From contig CAYNVQ010000006.1 of assembly GCA_964400735.1 (NCBI GenBank), positions 46,800 through 110,799 of the forward strand: a stretch of DNA of 64,000 nucleotides, in the 5' to 3' direction. The translations under genes were made by a program, and so were the position numbers. Source of the stretch: an uncultured Eubacteriales bacterium. Lineage in GTDB: Bacteria > Acidobacteriota > Aminicenantia > Aminicenantales > Aminicenantaceae. The notes beneath the pieces were generated by a model. It saw nothing but the letters and a program-made list of their open reading frames with translations, was not told the DNA's origin and ran no database searches. Position 1 is the stretch's first letter. Every line of letters begins with the position of its first letter. This document shows, in pieces, positions 38,151 to 47,814 of the stretch.

Positions 38151-40445
38151 ATGTGCAAAAGATGTTTAATTCTGTCTATAATAAGTTTAGCTGCAGGCTT
38201 TTTTTTGTTGGCACAACCGGCCACATTTTGTTTTGGAGCCCAGAGTTTTGAGAGTCCCCTTCAAGATCTGGATAAATTAGCGAATCAGCACTTCAAAAAG
38301 GCTATAGACCTTCTCAAGCAGACCCAGTACCAGGATGCCATTGCCGAGTATGAAAAGGTTATCAGCCTGCTTCCGGACAGCGAGATCGCTCTGGATGCCT
38401 GGTATTGGATCGGACAGTCTTACTTCCAGATGGGAAAACATGATGAGGCGCTATCCATCTTTCAAAAGCTCATCCAGGAATATCCTTCGAGTGCGATCGC
38501 TCCTGTCACGCAATTGATGGTCGCTCGCGTTGAGAAAGAGAAAGAGCTCAGCAAGGTCAGAGAAAACAGAGAGTCATCTTCCGATATAAAAGTTATCACC
38601 GATCCCAAAACCGGAGTGGAATATCATAAAATCGGAGCACTCACAGGAAAAAAGGATGTGATCGACCATTCATGGGTACTTAGCCTTTCTCCCAATGGCA
38701 GGTTTTTGCTTTATGAAAATCTTGTGATCCCGCTAAATGAAGAAGAGCCCTTCAATCTTGTGGACATGGACGCTGCGCGCGGGATCTGGTCTCCCGACGG
38801 AAAAAAGGCCGCATTCTACACACCAGATGGGCCCATCTGGATCGTTCCTGTCTCTCCAGAGACGGGGCGGGCAACAGGTTCCCCAAAAAAGCTCCTCGAC
38901 ATTAATTTCGGATGGCAGGGACCTGTTTCTTGGTCGCCTGATTCGGAAAAAATCGTTTTCTTTGGGACAGGGGGAGAATACAAGGGTAACATTTGGACTA
39001 TCTCGGTCGAGGATGGAACGCTGACACAGATCACGGATGATCCTGTGTTTGAGATGAATCCCAGATGGTCGCCAGATGGAAAAACTATCGCCTACAACAA
39101 AAGCCGTTCTGAGATATGGGCAGTCTCTCCTGATGGGGGAAACCCGCGGAAAATTATTGATATCGGTCGTGGGAGTCCTGTTGCCTGGTCACCAGACAGC
39201 AACTGGCTATTATTTTTGGCCCCTGAAATGAAGTACCGTCTCTACCGTTTCGCTGATGGGAGAGTGTTTGATATAAATCAACCCATTGGATTTCGGGCTT
39301 TTTTTTCCTGGTCGCCAGATGGAAAAAATTTACTTTTTTATCGCTCATCCTATGAATATTCTTGTGTTCTCAGGGTCGTTTCAACCTCCGGTGGCCCATC
39401 CTTCGAGCTTGGTAGAGAACTCAAGCTTTGGCCTTATGTCCACCACTGGTCTCCTGATAGCAGGATGATTATCACAAAAGGGGGCTATCCTATTGAAAAA
39501 AGATATTCGGACGATCTTGCCTTCTGGATGGTTCCTCTTGCAGGCGGTGAGGCCAGATACATAGAGCTGGATGTTCCAGGTGTGGGCAAACCTCAGCCTC
39601 ATTCTCTATCGCACGACTGCAAGAAGCTTCTTTTATTTGAGAAGCAGAGTGAGGATAAAGAAGATCTTTACGTGGTGCCGGTTTCGCTCAAGGATGCGCG
39701 GCCCACCGGGAATGCAATCAAAGTTTTCGAAGGACGGGATAAAAAACCTGTTGGCTTCGGCAGGAGGGACGAATGGGCCTGGTCTCCAGATGGGAAAAAA
39801 CTCGCGGTGGTTCATGGAGGAGATATCTGGGTCACATCTGCAGAAAAAGGGAATCCGGCAAATATCACACAATCCCCGGAACACGAGTCCTTCCCAGTAT
39901 GGTCGCCTGATGGCAAGATGATTGCCTATACCGCCAGTTCTGGTGAAGAAGGAGAAGATAGCCTTCATATCATCCCCGCATCCGGCGGGAAGGCGAAGAA
40001 AATATTGGACAAATCTGATAAGGATGAGTTTGACTGGTCACCAGATGGAAAGGAGCTGGCCGTTATCTCTGAAGGGAAGATCTCAATCATTCCAATTTCT
40101 GGAGGGAAAACCCAGGAGATTTTTGATCTTGAGAAATTCCACATTAAGCGCGTCCAAACGCTTAGTTGGCTGCCAAACGGGAAGCACTTTGCCTTTATCG
40201 GCGAGAAAGAAAAAGAATATGGAATCAGAAATCGGATATACTTGGTCTCTGAAAAGGGAGGCAGAGTCATAGAGTTGGCCGCAGATGATAACAACACAAA
40301 GGATTGGCTCTATCCCTCTCCGGATGGGAAATGGATTTCCTATGATTCCGAAGGTGAAGCAAAGGTTCGTTCCGAAGGAACCATCTGGGAAGTCGATCTC
40401 GAAGAGCTCATTAAGGCAAAAAAGAAACAAGAAAATTTAAAATAG
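38151..40445 (+). CDS. Secreted TPR plus PD40 beta-propeller protein downstream of the ECF sigma/anti-sigma pair; divergent family member
   Basis: The RBS is aaggagaggacaattATG and a signal peptide is present. The N-terminal TPR units include YQDAIAEYEKVISLLPDSEIALDAWYWIGQSYFQMGKHDEALSIFQKLIQEYP. Many WSPDGK, SPDGG and SPNGR repeats are present. It lacks the AKAQLxIGxCYEKLG and MENFLP motifs of the module-linked paralogs. Confidence 0.75.
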   Translation: MCKRCLILSIISLAAGFFLLAQPATFCFGAQSFESPLQDLDKLANQHFKKAIDLLKQTQYQDAIAEYEKVISLLPDSEIALDAWYWIGQSYFQMGKHDEALSIFQKLIQEYPSSAIAPVTQLMVARVEKEKELSKVRENRESSSDIKVITDPKTGVEYHKIGALTGKKDVIDHSWVLSLSPNGRFLLYENLVIPLNEEEPFNLVDMDAARGIWSPDGKKAAFYTPDGPIWIVPVSPETGRATGSPKKLLDINFGWQGPVSWSPDSEKIVFFGTGGEYKGNIWTISVEDGTLTQITDDPVFEMNPRWSPDGKTIAYNKSRSEIWAVSPDGGNPRKIIDIGRGSPVAWSPDSNWLLFLAPEMKYRLYRFADGRVFDINQPIGFRAFFSWSPDGKNLLFYRSSYEYSCVLRVVSTSGGPSFELGRELKLWPYVHHWSPDSRMIITKGGYPIEKRYSDDLAFWMVPLAGGEARYIELDVPGVGKPQPHSLSHDCKKLLLFEKQSEDKEDLYVVPVSLKDARPTGNAIKVFEGRDKKPVGFGRRDEWAWSPDGKKLAVVHGGDIWVTSAEKGNPANITQSPEHESFPVWSPDGKMIAYTASSGEEGEDSLHIIPASGGKAKKILDKSDKDEFDWSPDGKELAVISEGKISIIPISGGKTQEIFDLEKFHIKRVQTLSWLPNGKHFAFIGEKEKEYGIRNRIYLVSEKGGRVIELAADDNNTKDWLYPSPDGKWISYDSEGEAKVRSEGTIWEVDLEELIKAKKKQENLK

Positions 40446-40484
40446 ATCCATCTCGCTAGATATTTGGTGATTCAAAGCAGGCTC

Positions 40485-40508
40485 ATGACATTTTCGTGAC
40501 ATTTTGAC
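40485..40508 (+). promoter_or_regulatory. Direct-repeat element ATGACATTTTCG-TGACATTTTGAC upstream of HK6
   Basis: This is a TGACATTTT direct repeat with 11-bp periodicity, about 65 nt upstream of the HK6 start. The same 17-mer ATGACATTTTCGTGACA recurs at 43274..43290, upstream of the module-6 PD40 gene. The 11-bp spacing is typical of OmpR/PhoB-family binding sites. Confidence 0.35.
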
Positions 40509-40571
40509 TTCTGCCTTTTATTAGAATATTCTTGTTACCAGGGTTAACTAGCTAGAGACATCCGTTTCGAC

Positions 40572-42542
40572 ATGAAAAGCCGGAGTCACCGCAAACAAAT
40601 CCTTCTCTTCTTAGTCACAGTACTTTTGCCTAGTTTGGTGCTAATCGGCTTGACGGTGCGGATGATCGGGCAGGAGAAGGAGCTGGCGCAAAAGCGGATG
40701 GCAGAGGAGCGCCGACGCATTGCCCGTGAAATCGGCCAACACTTCCTGGTAAGGTTGGAAAACATCAAACTTCAAGAGGTGAGTGCTTTATCAGAACTTC
40801 AGCTCTTATCTACTGAAATAAATTACGTAAATCCGGAAGTGGTTCTTATCTGTCAGGTTGATGGACGTCAACTCGTCCTGCCCTGGGAGAGAAATCGAGA
40901 GACAGAAAATGCCGGGCGATACTTGAGTGACACTTCGTTTGCCCAAAAGATTCGGCAAGCCGAAGCAGAGGAATTCGCACAGAAAAATTACACTCGGGCG
41001 GCCAGCTTGTATCAGCAGGCCTTGAACTCTGCGAAATTTCCCATCCAGAAGGAATATGCAAGGCTTTTGTTCGCGCGTGCACTTTCCAAATCGTCCCAAA
41101 AAGCCAAGGCTTTGGAAAATTACCGGGAAATTTTGAAGCTGCCATTCATTCTATCGGATGAGTACGGAATACCTTTATCATTGTATGCTGCCGGGCGCCT
41201 TCTCGAATATGAAGAGGATTATGAAGACGTTTTAGGCCATATCCAAAAAGAAATCCAAAAGGAACATTGGCTGTCTCCTTCAGGATCTTATCTTCTTCTG
41301 GATCTGCTTGAGGATTTTCTCCGGACTGATCCAGAGGCTGAGATACGAAAAGCGGCAAACGACTGCAAGGAGCTGATTCAAAAACACATTCGAAAATTGG
41401 AACAGGCCATGGCCCTCCAGAGTGATTTTCTAACCTTAGGAGTGGCAGCTAGTCAAAATGATCAGACAGAGAGAGAAAATCCTCTCTGGGTCTTGTACGG
41501 AAGCAATCCATGGCTGGTCAGTCTTTCAGCCTCTATGTCCGATAGGCCCCCCGTTCTGGTTGCTGTATCTTCCAAAGAGATCATGGCTTCCCTTAGGGCA
41601 GACAGCGGCTTTGAGGAGGCTTTTCCAGTGGATTTCGACATCGTTTCCGAAAATGACCCTGATGGATTATCATTAGGTCCGAATTTTCAGGGCTTAGCCA
41701 TCTCTTTTATAGGGAATCAAGAGCAAATGTTTTCGACTCCTTGGAGCATCCAACCCTCTTTTTATCTACTCGCCCTGCTTCTCATCCTGGGGATCACCTT
41801 GTTTGGAGCCTATCTGCTGTGGAGAGATGTGCGTCGTGAAGTGCAGATGGCCGAGATGAGATCGCAGTTCGTCTCCAGTGTCTCCCATGAGTTGAAGACA
41901 CCTCTGACCGCCATCCGGATGTTTGCCGAGACTCTCCGCTTGGGCCGTTCAAAGGATACCAAAACCCAGAACGAGTATTTGGACACCATCGTCAACGAAA
42001 GCCAGCGTCTCACCCGGCTTCTCAACAATGTCCTGGATTTTTCGAAGATCGAACAGGGAAAACGTTTATACCGTCCTGAATTGGCTTCGCTGTATGAGAT
42101 CGTCGAATCTGCGGCCCGGGCCATGGAATATCCCCTCAGCCAGCAGGGGTTCAGGCTCGATGTGCAGACCGAGAAGGATTTGCCAAATGTTCATGTGGAT
42201 CGTGATGCCATGGAACAAGCCCTTTTGAATCTCCTCCACAATGCCATGAAATACTCGGGGGAGTCGAAGGAGATCGGCCTTCATCTGAAAAGAAAGGAAA
42301 GCCAAGCTTTGATCCAGGTGATCGACCAGGGAATAGGCATCGACCCACAGGAACAGAAACGTATCTTCAAGAAGTTCTACCGTATTCCTTCGCCCGAAAA
42401 CGAGCGAATCGTGGGCACAGGCTTGGGTTTGGCGCTGGTCTCCCATATCGTCGAAGCCCACGGAGGCCATCTTGAACTGGATAGCACTTTAAATAAAGGG
42501 AGCACCTTCTCTATTTATCTTCCCTTGGAGAAAGAAACATGA
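40572..42542 (+). CDS. Sensor histidine kinase, module 6; paralog of HK3
   Basis: The N-terminus MKSRSHRKQILLFLVTVLLPSLVLIGLTV is collinear with HK3. The sensor domain carries EAEEFAQKNYTRAASLYQQAL and YGIPLSLYAAGRL. TM2 is FYLLALLLILGITLFGAYLLW. The H-box is [21 protein letters not shown] is present. Confidence 0.85.
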   Translation: MKSRSHRKQILLFLVTVLLPSLVLIGLTVRMIGQEKELAQKRMAEERRRIAREIGQHFLVRLENIKLQEVSALSELQLLSTEINYVNPEVVLICQVDGRQLVLPWERNRETENAGRYLSDTSFAQKIRQAEAEEFAQKNYTRAASLYQQALNSAKFPIQKEYARLLFARALSKSSQKAKALENYREILKLPFILSDEYGIPLSLYAAGRLLEYEEDYEDVLGHIQKEIQKEHWLSPSGSYLLLDLLEDFLRTDPEAEIRKAANDCKELIQKHIRKLEQAMALQSDFLTLGVAASQNDQTERENPLWVLYGSNPWLVSLSASMSDRPPVLVAVSSKEIMASLRADSGFEEAFPVDFDIVSENDPDGLSLGPNFQGLAISFIGNQEQMFSTPWSIQPSFYLLALLLILGITLFGAYLLWRDVRREVQMAEMRSQFVSSVSHELKTPLTAIRMFAETLRLGRSKDTKTQNEYLDTIVNESQRLTRLLNNVLDFSKIEQGKRLYRPELASLYEIVESAARAMEYPLSQQGFRLDVQTEKDLPNVHVDRDAMEQALLNLLHNAMKYSGESKEIGLHLKRKESQALIQVIDQGIGIDPQEQKRIFKKFYRIPSPENERIVGTGLGLALVSHIVEAHGGHLELDSTLNKGSTFSIYLPLEKET

Positions 42543-43228
42543 AACGGATTCTGATCGTCGAAGATGATGTGGCGATCCTGCGGGGGCTCAAGGACAACCT
42601 CGAGTATGAATCCTACGAGGTGATGACAGCCACGGATGGAGAACAGGGGTACTGCCTGATCCAGGAGAAAAAACCCGACTTGATCATCTTGGATTTGATG
42701 CTTCCCAAGATGAGCGGATACGAACTCTGCCGGAAAGTCCGTAAGGATGGAATCACGACGCCTATTCTGATGCTGACGGCAAGAGGGGAGGAAGTGGACC
42801 GGGTGCTGGGATTGGATTTGGGTGCCGATGATTATGTCACCAAGCCTTTTTCCGTGCCTGAGTTGCTGGCCAGGATACGGGCTATCATCCGCCGGGTCCA
42901 TCAGGCTAAGACAGGCGATTTGCCCAGCGATTTGCGGTTTGGCGATGTCGTCATAGATTTCAAGTGTTTTGAAGCCCGAAAGGACGAAAAGGTTTTGGAC
43001 TTGTCCCGCAAGGAATACGGCGTGCTCCGGCTTCTGGCTGCACGGGCGGGTGAGGTGGTAACCCGCGATGAGCTGCTGGATGAAGTGTGGGGTTATGACC
43101 AGTATCCCACCACACGAACAGTGGACAACCACATCTCTTTGCTGCGCACAAAACTCGAGGATGACCCATCTAATCCACACCACCTGATTACCGTTCATGG
43201 AGTCGGCTACAAGCTGGTTCTCGATTGA
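42539..43228 (+). CDS. OmpR-family response regulator, module 6
   Basis: MKRILIVEDD is present, with an ATGA overlap to HK6. The C-terminus is TVHGVGYKLVLD. Its closest paralog is RR3. Confidence 0.9.
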   Translation: MKRILIVEDDVAILRGLKDNLEYESYEVMTATDGEQGYCLIQEKKPDLIILDLMLPKMSGYELCRKVRKDGITTPILMLTARGEEVDRVLGLDLGADDYVTKPFSVPELLARIRAIIRRVHQAKTGDLPSDLRFGDVVIDFKCFEARKDEKVLDLSRKEYGVLRLLAARAGEVVTRDELLDEVWGYDQYPTTRTVDNHISLLRTKLEDDPSNPHHLITVHGVGYKLVLD

Positions 43229-43273
43229 TTCAGTTTTATTCTGCGGTTTGCCTCAGGGCAAAATTCGATAGAT

Positions 43274-43290
43274 ATGACATTTTCGTGACA
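43274..43290 (+). promoter_or_regulatory. Second copy of ATGACATTTTCGTGACA plus further GACATTTTG/TTTCGTGA repeats upstream of PD40 gene 43415
   Basis: The 17-mer is an exact match to 40485..40501. Additional TTTCGTGA (43303..43310) and GGACATTTTGCG (43330..43341) lie in the same 185-bp intergenic region. Confidence 0.35.
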
Positions 43291-43414
43291 AAAAACAGAA
43301 GGTTTCGTGAAAAACTTTTTACATAAAAAGGACATTTTGCGGAAAGTCTGATGACACAATTCAAAGCTGAAAGCGCTAGATTAGGGGTGAAAGCAAAATG
43401 AAAGGAGAGACTCC

Positions 43415-45580
43415 ATGAAAAAATTTTCAATCTTAATCGCCATTTTGACCCTATTGGCTTTCAGCTTCGGAAGTCTTGCCGTACAGAACGGATACGATCT
43501 ATTTCAGAAGGCGCTGGCTAAAGAACGTGCGGAAGGGAATCTTGGTGAAGCCATTGCCCTTTACCAAAAGGTCATCCAGGAATCCAAAGACGAATCCTTA
43601 GCCGCCAAGGCCCAGCTCCGCATCGGCATCTGCTACGAGAAGCTGGGCAGAATCGAAGCCCAAAAAGCCTACCAGAAGGTTATCGATAATTATCCTCGAC
43701 AGCTTGATTCTGTCAAAGCCGCAAAGGAAAAATTATCTAATATAATGAGAGTCCAGACAGCTGCAAAAAAAGATATCAAGGGATTAAGTATCCGCAAGAT
43801 TTGGGAGTCTCCTAAATTTGGCAGGGGGAATCTAGGTGAAGTTTCTCCTGATGGCCGGTATTTATCCTTAACGGATTTAGGCGGAAGAATCGCAGCCTAT
43901 GAGTTTTCAACCCATAAAACACATTACATAACAAGCAAATTTTTTGATGAAAAAAAACAAGGCGCTTCTGAAACTGGAAATGAAACATTTATAAAGGGTT
44001 GGCTTCCTTTATGGTCGCCTGATGGAAAAAAAATGGCTTTCAGCAGGGAGAAATCCTCTGAATTATGCATCTTTGGTTCTGACAGCGCTGAACCTATTGT
44101 CCTTTATAAAGCCAAAGGGGAAGAGCAAGTTATTCCCATCGATTGGTCACCCAAGGGTAATACCATTTTGGCCACTTTAGCAAAAGACTATGAGGCCTTT
44201 CAGGCCGTTTTAATTTCTGTTCCGGATGGCTCGGTTCGGATAATAAAAACATATGAAAAACCACCACGCAGCGAACCGAGAAGACTGGGAATATTTTCGC
44301 CTGATGGCCGGTATATTGCGGGGGATTTTAAACCTCAGGAAAACTCTCGATCTCGAGATATCTATATTCTCTCAGCAGATGGAACCAGCGAAATTCCTCT
44401 TGTCGTGCACCCAGGCGATGACCTGGCGCTTGGGTGGTCCCCTGACGGGAAGACAGTTGTTTTTGCCAGCAACCGGAGCGGAACGTGGGACATCTGGACT
44501 ATTGATGTTATCGAAGGGAAACCGCAGGACGATCCGAAATTGATCAAGGGTGAAATAGGCAGTGTGTGGCCTTTGGGTTTCACAGAAAGAGGATCTTTCT
44601 ACTATTTGTTGGAGAGCGATTTAACGGATATTTTTACAGCTGGTCTAGATGCTGGGAATAATTCTCTGTCTTCTCCAAAAAAAGCGACACAACGTTTTGT
44701 GGGCAGAAACGTGTTTCCTGAGTGGTCACCAGACGGGAAATTTTTATCCTATGTTTCGCAACGAGGTGCAGGGTATGATCAGCACGCCTCAAGATCCCCA
44801 CTGTGTATCCGCTCAATGGAGACGGGTGCTGAACATGAAATTGTGCCTGAGCTGAGATATATTTGGGGACCCCGCTGGTCGCCTGATGGACAATCTATTC
44901 TTGTGGTGGGGAGTGAAGAAGAAGGCAGGGAAGGATTTTACAAAATCGATGTCCATACGGGAGAGATTACATCCATATTGCAGTTTGATTTCGGTGATAG
45001 ACTCAGTGAACCCGAGTGGTCCCATGACGGAAGAGAAATTTTCTACACCTATGAGAAGGAGAAACAAAAAGAAGCCCAAATCATAGCCTATAATCTTGAA
45101 ACCAAAGAAAAAAAGGAAATTTACAGGGGCGAGTTCAATCCATCCTATATAGTTGGCCGAAATGCCTTTTTTGCCCATGATTTGGCGCTTTCTCCTGATG
45201 GAAAATCATTAGCGTTTAATAAAGGATGGTCACCTGTACTTATGGTTGTGTCCACCGACGGAAGAGAGGCCCGTGAAGTGTGGCGGATGAAAGGAAAGGG
45301 TGAACAGATTTCAACAGTCGACTGGATGCCCAACGGAGAGGAATTAATTTATGTGTCTACTCAACTACCTTATAGAGAAATAGATGAGACGTGGAAAATA
45401 GCTGTTGATGGTGGTGAGCCAAAGAAACTGGGGTTGTCTATGGAGAGAGTTCACTGGCTGTCTGTTCACCCGGATGGACATCAAATTGTTTTTAGCTCTA
45501 TCCAAAGAATCAAGGATGTTTGGATGATGGAGAATTTCCTTCCAGCAGAAGAAAAAGGGAGCAAAGGAGGGCAGAAATGA
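43415..45580 (+). CDS. Secreted TPR-like plus PD40 beta-propeller protein, module 6 copy A
   Basis: The RBS is gagagactccATG with aaaggagaga upstream. The signal peptide is MKKFSILIAILTLLAFSFGSLA. The family motif is AKAQLRIGICYEKLG. WSPDGK, SPDGR and HPDGH repeats are present. The C-terminus is VWMMENFLPAEEKGSKGGQK. Confidence 0.8.
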   Translation: MKKFSILIAILTLLAFSFGSLAVQNGYDLFQKALAKERAEGNLGEAIALYQKVIQESKDESLAAKAQLRIGICYEKLGRIEAQKAYQKVIDNYPRQLDSVKAAKEKLSNIMRVQTAAKKDIKGLSIRKIWESPKFGRGNLGEVSPDGRYLSLTDLGGRIAAYEFSTHKTHYITSKFFDEKKQGASETGNETFIKGWLPLWSPDGKKMAFSREKSSELCIFGSDSAEPIVLYKAKGEEQVIPIDWSPKGNTILATLAKDYEAFQAVLISVPDGSVRIIKTYEKPPRSEPRRLGIFSPDGRYIAGDFKPQENSRSRDIYILSADGTSEIPLVVHPGDDLALGWSPDGKTVVFASNRSGTWDIWTIDVIEGKPQDDPKLIKGEIGSVWPLGFTERGSFYYLLESDLTDIFTAGLDAGNNSLSSPKKATQRFVGRNVFPEWSPDGKFLSYVSQRGAGYDQHASRSPLCIRSMETGAEHEIVPELRYIWGPRWSPDGQSILVVGSEEEGREGFYKIDVHTGEITSILQFDFGDRLSEPEWSHDGREIFYTYEKEKQKEAQIIAYNLETKEKKEIYRGEFNPSYIVGRNAFFAHDLALSPDGKSLAFNKGWSPVLMVVSTDGREAREVWRMKGKGEQISTVDWMPNGEELIYVSTQLPYREIDETWKIAVDGGEPKKLGLSMERVHWLSVHPDGHQIVFSSIQRIKDVWMMENFLPAEEKGSKGGQK

Positions 45581-47706
45581 GAAAAGCAGAGATTTTGGCA
45601 GCAGTTCTAATTTTAATTGGCTTTAGCGTTACAACTCTCGCCCTCCAAAACGGCTATGACCTCTTCCAGAAAGCTCTAGCCAAGGAACGGGCAGAAGGAA
45701 ACCTTGAGGAAGCCATCGCCCTTTTCCAGAAAGTCATCGAGGAATCCGAAGACGAATCCTTGGCTGCCAAGGCCCAGCTCCGCATCGGCATCTGCTACGA
45801 AAAGCTGGGGCAGGAAAAGGCAAAATTGGCTCAGGAGGCTTTTCAGAAGGTGCTCGAAAATTATCCGCAACAAGTCGATACTGTCAAAGTAGCCAGAGAA
45901 AAGCTGTCGGGTCTCTTGAGAGCTCAAGTGCTTATGGAAAAAAATGTCGAAGGGTTAAGCCTGCGTCATCTATTGATGCCATCGGGAAGAGGGGAAGATT
46001 TTGGCATCGGCGAATTCGTATCTCCCGACGGAAGGTTCTTCGCTTATTTTGATTACAACGCCGGGGCCGTAGGCATCTATGAGCTGGCAACAGGAAAAAA
46101 GCAGCTGTTAAAGAGCAAGATTAAAGAGGATGAGCCGTGGGGAGAGAGTTGGCAATTGATCTGGTCTCCCGACAGCAAAGCGCTCCTCTGCAACTGGTGG
46201 CAGACGCCGGATTACCATTGGTCCGATCTGCGAATCATCCGCCTTGATGGGACAGAACAGCGGTCTGTCTTCCGCTCTGAGGAATATGACGAAGTCTATC
46301 CCATGGATTGGTCCTCAGACGGAAGCCAAATTCTCGCGGTCTTCTACGGAGATTTTCCAGAAGGGAAAAAAATAGGTCTCATCTCTGTTAAAAACGGATC
46401 TGAACGCATCTTGAAAACCAGCGATTACGGATGGGCGCACATGAAATTTTCGCCGAATGACAGGTACATTGCATACGACTATTACTCTCAAGAAGAGCAC
46501 TACAACCGTAATATTGCTATCCTTTCAGCAGATGGAAAAGTGGAAATCCCGCTGGTCACACATCCAGCACAGGACTCTCTTGTGGGCTGGTCTCCCGACG
46601 GAAAGTATGTGCTCTTTACAAGCGACAGGACAGGGACAAATGATCTTTGGCTGATCCCTTTCAAAGATGGGAGAGCTGCAGGGAATGTACGATTGATCAA
46701 AGAGGGATTGGGGAAAATCGATGTGGGCGGAATAACCCAAAATGGATCTTTGTATTATATATCTGGGGGGCAGATGGAGGATATCTATGTTGGCGAATTG
46801 GATTGGGTTTCCGGAAAAGTCGATATAGCCCCGGAAAAAATGACCTTTTCACAGGAAGGGAGCAACTCTTGGCCTCAATATTCTCCGGATGGGAAGTCCA
46901 TCGTTTGTGTTCAGGGAGGCGGAATTATGGCAGAGCAGGCAGAAACATCGCTGTGCGTCCGTTCTTTGGAAAATGGCATAGAACGAAAATTTGCGTTGAA
47001 GATGCAGGCTCGACTTCCGCGATGGTCTCCAGACGGCCGCTTTATTTATTTCACATCATTTGATCGTCCCCGTCATTGGAGCATCTTTCGGGTTGAATTA
47101 AGAACAGGTCAGGTTTCGAAATCCTGGCCAGAAGATTTTGGAAGCAAACCAATCGGCAATGTTTTTGTTGGGATTTCTCCTGACGGCAAGAATTACTACT
47201 ACATTCGTTGCGATGAACAAGACAAATACAGCCGACTTGTTGTCCGGGATCGGGGGACAGGGAGCGAGAAAGAGCTTTTACGCAAAGTTATGACGCTCAT
47301 TGTAGCTTCCTTATCTCCTGATGGGAGATGGCTTGCTGTGACCAGTCGGGAAGAAGAAAGGGCGATCCTGATTGTGCCGTCAGAAGGAGGAGAGCCTCGA
47401 GAACTGTGTCGATTCAACCTCAAAGGAGGGCATCCTACATGGCTCGATTGGACTCCTGACAGCCAATCCATCATTTTCAGCAGAAGGATCGATGAGTCAA
47501 AATCTGGGGTTTCGGGGTGGGGACTGTATCAAGTCTCTATTGATGGAGGAGATCCTCAGTTCCTGGGAATCAGCACAACATATATTTCAGATTTCGATGT
47601 CCACCCCGATGGAAAACAACTCGCTTTCGCCTCTTATGGTCCCGAATGGAAAGAAGCCAAGCTGTGGGTGATGGAGAATTTCCTCCCTGATACTGAGAAA
47701 AAATAG
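45577..47706 (+). CDS. Secreted TPR-like plus PD40 beta-propeller protein, module 6 copy B; tandem paralog
   Basis: The ATG at 45577 sits behind AAGGAGG and forms an ATGA overlap with the stop of the upstream paralog. The signal peptide is MRKAEILAAVLILIGFSVTTLA. The first ~60 residues are almost identical to copy A: QNGYDLFQKALAKERAEGNL.EAIAL.QKVI.ES.DESLAAKAQLRIGICYEKLG. The C-terminus is LWVMENFLPDTEKK. The track start at 45520 is an upstream extension. Confidence 0.8.
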   Translation: MRKAEILAAVLILIGFSVTTLALQNGYDLFQKALAKERAEGNLEEAIALFQKVIEESEDESLAAKAQLRIGICYEKLGQEKAKLAQEAFQKVLENYPQQVDTVKVAREKLSGLLRAQVLMEKNVEGLSLRHLLMPSGRGEDFGIGEFVSPDGRFFAYFDYNAGAVGIYELATGKKQLLKSKIKEDEPWGESWQLIWSPDSKALLCNWWQTPDYHWSDLRIIRLDGTEQRSVFRSEEYDEVYPMDWSSDGSQILAVFYGDFPEGKKIGLISVKNGSERILKTSDYGWAHMKFSPNDRYIAYDYYSQEEHYNRNIAILSADGKVEIPLVTHPAQDSLVGWSPDGKYVLFTSDRTGTNDLWLIPFKDGRAAGNVRLIKEGLGKIDVGGITQNGSLYYISGGQMEDIYVGELDWVSGKVDIAPEKMTFSQEGSNSWPQYSPDGKSIVCVQGGGIMAEQAETSLCVRSLENGIERKFALKMQARLPRWSPDGRFIYFTSFDRPRHWSIFRVELRTGQVSKSWPEDFGSKPIGNVFVGISPDGKNYYYIRCDEQDKYSRLVVRDRGTGSEKELLRKVMTLIVASLSPDGRWLAVTSREEERAILIVPSEGGEPRELCRFNLKGGHPTWLDWTPDSQSIIFSRRIDESKSGVSGWGLYQVSIDGGDPQFLGISTTYISDFDVHPDGKQLAFASYGPEWKEAKLWVMENFLPDTEKK

Positions 47707-47814
47707 AATAGAAGAAATAGAACCGTCCCTTCTAGGGAGAACCCGAGAAAGCGCTGAGTTTTATTGTTGTTTCTGGAAAGCTTCGAAGTATTTCATCGTC
47801 ACCGGATAAGAGTT

